DNA of 64,000 nt from Podarcis gaigeae (Eukaryota): the NCBI GenBank assembly GCA_964106915.2, contig OZ066919.1; one strand, given 5' to 3'. Position 1 is the stretch's first letter; every line of letters starts with the position of its first letter. Shown one piece after another: positions 59,722 through 64,000 of the stretch. The translations under genes were made by a program, and so were the position numbers. The notes below the pieces were generated by a model. The model was not told where the DNA came from. It did no database searches and was given only the letters and a program-made list of their open reading frames with translations.

Positions 59722-62700
59722 AAAAACCATAACTTTGCAGATTTGCAAATGGGAATATTAAGATCATTTACTGAAAATTTTGTACAACATAGCAAATGTT
59801 ACATTTGATCCAGCTTATATAGACTGAAGCTGGTGTAAAGGACCATTTTGCATATTCCATGGTGGCAAACCTGTCTTTGCCTTCTAAAGGCTCAGTTATT
59901 GGGAATCTGTGGTGAAACCCAACTGCATGCATAAGGGGGAATGCATAAAATACATGCATTTCTTTGTCAGGGTTCCTACTTCACTCCAGCAAGGCTATTT
60001 TTACAAAACTATTTGCCTTTCTAACTAAATGTTAAAAGTTGCAGTTTAATTGGCTGGATATATTCAGTGTATTTTGCAAATTGAACCTATGCAGTCAGAA
60101 GTAAGCACCACTGAGTTTAACGGAGCTTACTCTCTCGGGAAACTTTGCACAGGGTTATAGTTTTACTGACCCTTTTAAATTGGGTATTATGCTATATACT
60201 CCCCCTCCACTCTCTGTGTGGAATCCACAAAGGTGTCTGCATTTTGGACTCCTTTTTTGGCTATGGGAGCAGTTCCTGCACTTTAGAATTTACCACTACT
60301 GCACTGGCCAGTTTGGGTGAGTGATAAAAAGGGAGCTTTCCCCTTCCTCTTTGAAAGATAAGAAGGACCACATTCTGTCAGAGCAGGGTAAGTAATAAGC
60401 ACAAACACATTTGGTTGATTTTTATTGCTGTGGCTCATTGCTGGTCAAGTTAAAATGGGCAAATTGTCATTTAATTAAATGAATTGACATGCAAACAACA
60501 GGCAACAAGTTAGCCAGTGTATAATCAATGGCTAAGGCATTTAAATTTTTCATCTCTGAGAAAGACAGTAGTCCTAGTACATAGCCTTCACACTTTTAGC
60601 AAAAAAAATGACTGCTCCCTGTGGAACTGTGTGGATACTGCTGCCAGCAATGTGACCAATTTGCACGTACTTCTGCTACACCAAACCCACAGAGACAGAC
60701 ATGATATAATGCAAATTTGCTTGTTAAGGGGTATTAATTTCTGATAGCATGCTCACCAATACTATCACAACAAAAAGAACACCTGCAGTTGCTCCAGAAG
60801 CATAATTGTGGTATTTTTATTAAACAAAATGGGTGGAAATGACTTCTACACATGTGTGCCTGTGTTATGTTGCAGAAACACTAAACATGAAAAACCACAG
60901 GCTGTAATGTAGTAGATGTGCAGATGTAGCCTGAGTTCACCCCTTCCTGTTTTTGCTAACACCCCCACTAGCGTCCTTGCATTTTTGTCATTCACATCCA
61001 CTGGTTAATAATTTAAAGACAAGAAGGTCTCCACGAGAAAAGACATTTGCTTATGATCTGAACCATATACTTTTTCTTCCCCACACCAAGTTTATTGAAG
61101 TCAGTTTTGACATTTCATGTTGATTCCAGTCTTACAAAAACTTTATTATGACCATCTAATGTTGGTCACAGTGCACATCTGATTTTTTTAAAAAAAAAAT
61201 TGGTGCCTTAGCTGAAGTTTTTCATCTGTTTATGCATCCAGGAACAGGCTTTCCCTTCCCACTTAAAAAAAAAAATGAACAGGAGAAGCAAACCACTGTC
61301 ATGCCTTACTCATTTTTTCAGTGAGAGAAAACAACTAACATCAGAAACGCCAGTTTCTGGCTGCTGCATGTAGCCAGTATTACTGCACTTAGAATGAGTC
61401 CCCCTAGTGGGGAAATTTGGATTCTTTTCCTTCCTGGTTGCATCTCTGCTAGGGATGCCAAAGGTTGGATGTTTTAACTTTTCAGATACATGACTGCCTT
61501 TTAGTCAGTTTGAATTTATTGTATGTATTTTGCATACTTTTGTTGTACTGATGTGACACCTTGAGACCCTTCTGGTGTAAGGGATCAAAATAATAACACA
61601 GCCTGGGTTACGTTTTGAAGCAGGAAGATTTATAATTAGTCCTACCTTTTCTAAAAAAGCACTTGGGATTCTGCATGTATTAGTTCTGTTAGTGAAGCTG
61701 AAGTGCTCAGTTATCAATGATGAGTTGATAAACTAATGTACTAATACCCTGAATGGGTATAGTGGGCAGAGAAGCAGCACTGATACACTCAGGCTTTGTG
61801 CAATACCATATTGACCCACCTATGGTCCCCCCCCCAAAAAAAAAACCCCTGGCTTGTATGAAATATGTGTGCAGCTTATATTTGCATCAATATGGTAACT
61901 ATTATTAAGAAGAACCATAGCTCAGTGGTTTATAGGGTCCCAAGTCCACTCCTTGAGATCTCCAGTTAAAGGGTTTTAGGTAGTTGTGTTGGGAAAGATC
62001 CCTCCCTCCATGAGGACTGCTGCCAATCCAAGTACTCAGTACAGGGCTAGAAAAGATGATTCAGCTTCAAATGTTTCTGACGATGCTAGTCGTTTATTTA
62101 GGTCGTGTTTATTCAGGTTCAGTATTAAGTTTTCACTTGCCTTTGGCCCATAAAGTGCAGTTCCTTGGTAGGGAAAATGCTGAAACAAATGAAAACCTTG
62201 CACACAGACTCTTGCACACAAGACGGCAATGGTCTAAGGCCACAATAGCCCCCCTGCCTTCTCCCTGCCCCCACCCAGGCGATCCAATATTATCACTTAG
62301 CAATACAATTAGCATTAAGGATCCAGTGTGATACCTGTGTATATTCATCACCTCATATCTGCTTTTCGAACATCAATCATTCAGTGTGCTTTCACTAGAC
62401 TTTGATGGATTCTGACATCTCATAGAAAATCCACTAAAACAATGGAAATTCTGTCTTGTAGACTGGTAGAAATTCAGCAACAGATATGTCCTTGGTTAAT
62501 TCTGAGTGCAGACAAAGATTTGGATATTATTCCCTAGAGATGTCTTGTGACATGTCAGTTAAATCTCTCACTACAATATTTTTGCTAAAGAGTCCATCTG
62601 CTACTGAACTTGCATTTGACTTATATTTGCATTTGACTTTTTCTGGACTTACTAAACATCTTTTGTTGTTCTTAATTAGGAAACTGGTAACTGAATACTT

Positions 62701-64000
62701 TTTAAATAATAATAATAGCAAGCTATTTTTCATAGCGTAAGTGAAAAACACAGAGGGCAGATATCTTTGGCATAGGGCCTCATTTCATTGAGACATTTTG
62801 AAAAGTATGAGGCTGAAACTCAGTTTTGAGCAAACACAAAAGTATAGTCTTGCTTTGATTCTTGTTGATGAGACAATTGCTGTAGGCCCAGGAAAAAAAC
62901 TTATCTTAAAACAAACTTTTCTGTTTCAAGGTTAAACTAATCTTGTTCAAGCATCCTATGAATACTGAATAGGTGGCATTGTCCCACTTCAATTCTTTGT
63001 TAAGCTTTCTAAAATTATAGTTGGTTAAAACCCAAATGATGCTTGAAATTAGTAAGATATCTCATACATAAAATTTGGTGTTCTTGACAGAAGGATTCCA
63101 ACTAGTTATAAACTCTTCTACTCCCAATACATTCATAAAGCTCATGTTCTAATACAGCCACTGTGGGCACAGCCAAGCTATTTGAAATTCATTTGCCATA
63201 GGGCTGGTTCCAAGTATTTTCTCTCACAATATCTTTATCCTACAAATAAACTATCTCAGCTACACCCCAGTGGACATGAATATAAAATCCATTATTATTG
63301 CAGGACTATCTTTCCTTGTCATGACATTCAGAGGGGTAGCCATGTTAGCCAGATGCAGCAGAAACAAAACAGAAAGTCCTGTAAAAGACCAATAAATTCG
63401 TTGTGAGGATGTTGACTGTGGTGGCTCACAACAACTTTACTTCCATTAAAGTTAACATATTTCCATTAAAGTCTCAGATAAGTATACAGGGATTCTGCTC
63501 TTTGAAGGACCATTGGACAGAATTGCATACATGTTTTCAAAGGGCTTTCCTGTTATGGAAAACTGTAAGGAAAAGAACAGTTGCTGATTTGACCTCACTT
63601 GCCTCACCAGATAGAATCTTCAGGCTGCTTAACAGAACAGTAAATATGTATTTTTCAGTAATGGTGTCTGTCTTACAGGAAAACGTTGTCATGCCACAGA
63701 CGGTGCAAAGCTGGTTCCATGCAGGCCATTCTAAAAAGCAGGTTCTTCCACAGGAAAAAAAAGAGGAGAGAGAAAGAGACATATCACTTGACATTTCTAG
63801 ATTTTATATGATTAAAAGTGGAAAGTGCACAGAAAGGAATTGCATAGATTAGTTAAAGTCCACTGATTTATTTTTTAAAAAATAGGATGTAGCCTATAAA
63901 TTGCCTTAACATAAGACATATACACTGATCATCCTAGGAATTAGGACACATGCACAAGCAAATTTGTTTGGTATGTATGGGGTTGGGGAGGGGCACAAGT

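Noticed and set aside
57200-64000. 3' exons of an upstream neighbour (IGFN1 in the mammalian gene order)
   Set aside because: No Ig or FN3-like coding segments recognised on either strand.

Overview
Vertebrate genomic DNA, inferred to be from a squamate and most likely a lacertid lizard (Sauria-type SINEs, young L2 LINE tails, Penelope-type fold-backs). The only host gene I can support is plakophilin-1 (PKP1) on the minus strand. I reconstructed 11 consecutive coding exons from the ATG at 40126 to the donor at 968: 2057 nt, about 685 codons, all GT-AG, with consistent phases. Several are absent from the ORF track in their coding frame. The last coding exons lie beyond the left edge of the window. 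The ~24 kb upstream (40.3-64 kb) appears intergenic, repeat-rich, and has one 217-nt assembly gap. I found no convincing new protein-coding system. The observations most worth checking are: (1) a 6-codon uORF and a possibly deeply conserved leader/promoter block in PKP1; (2) a fold-back inverted duplication with two microhomology-joined jumps at 60-816; (3) Penelope-type fold-back elements carrying hammerhead ribozyme cores; (4) an unassigned repeat family whose copies share a covarying hairpin upstream of AATAAAGTTGTG; (5) a tail-less internal L1 fragment bracketed by a 46-bp direct repeat next to exon 2; (6) a young, internally deleted L2 with an intact RT segment. Comparisons with human PKP1 and repeat family names come from memory, not from searches.
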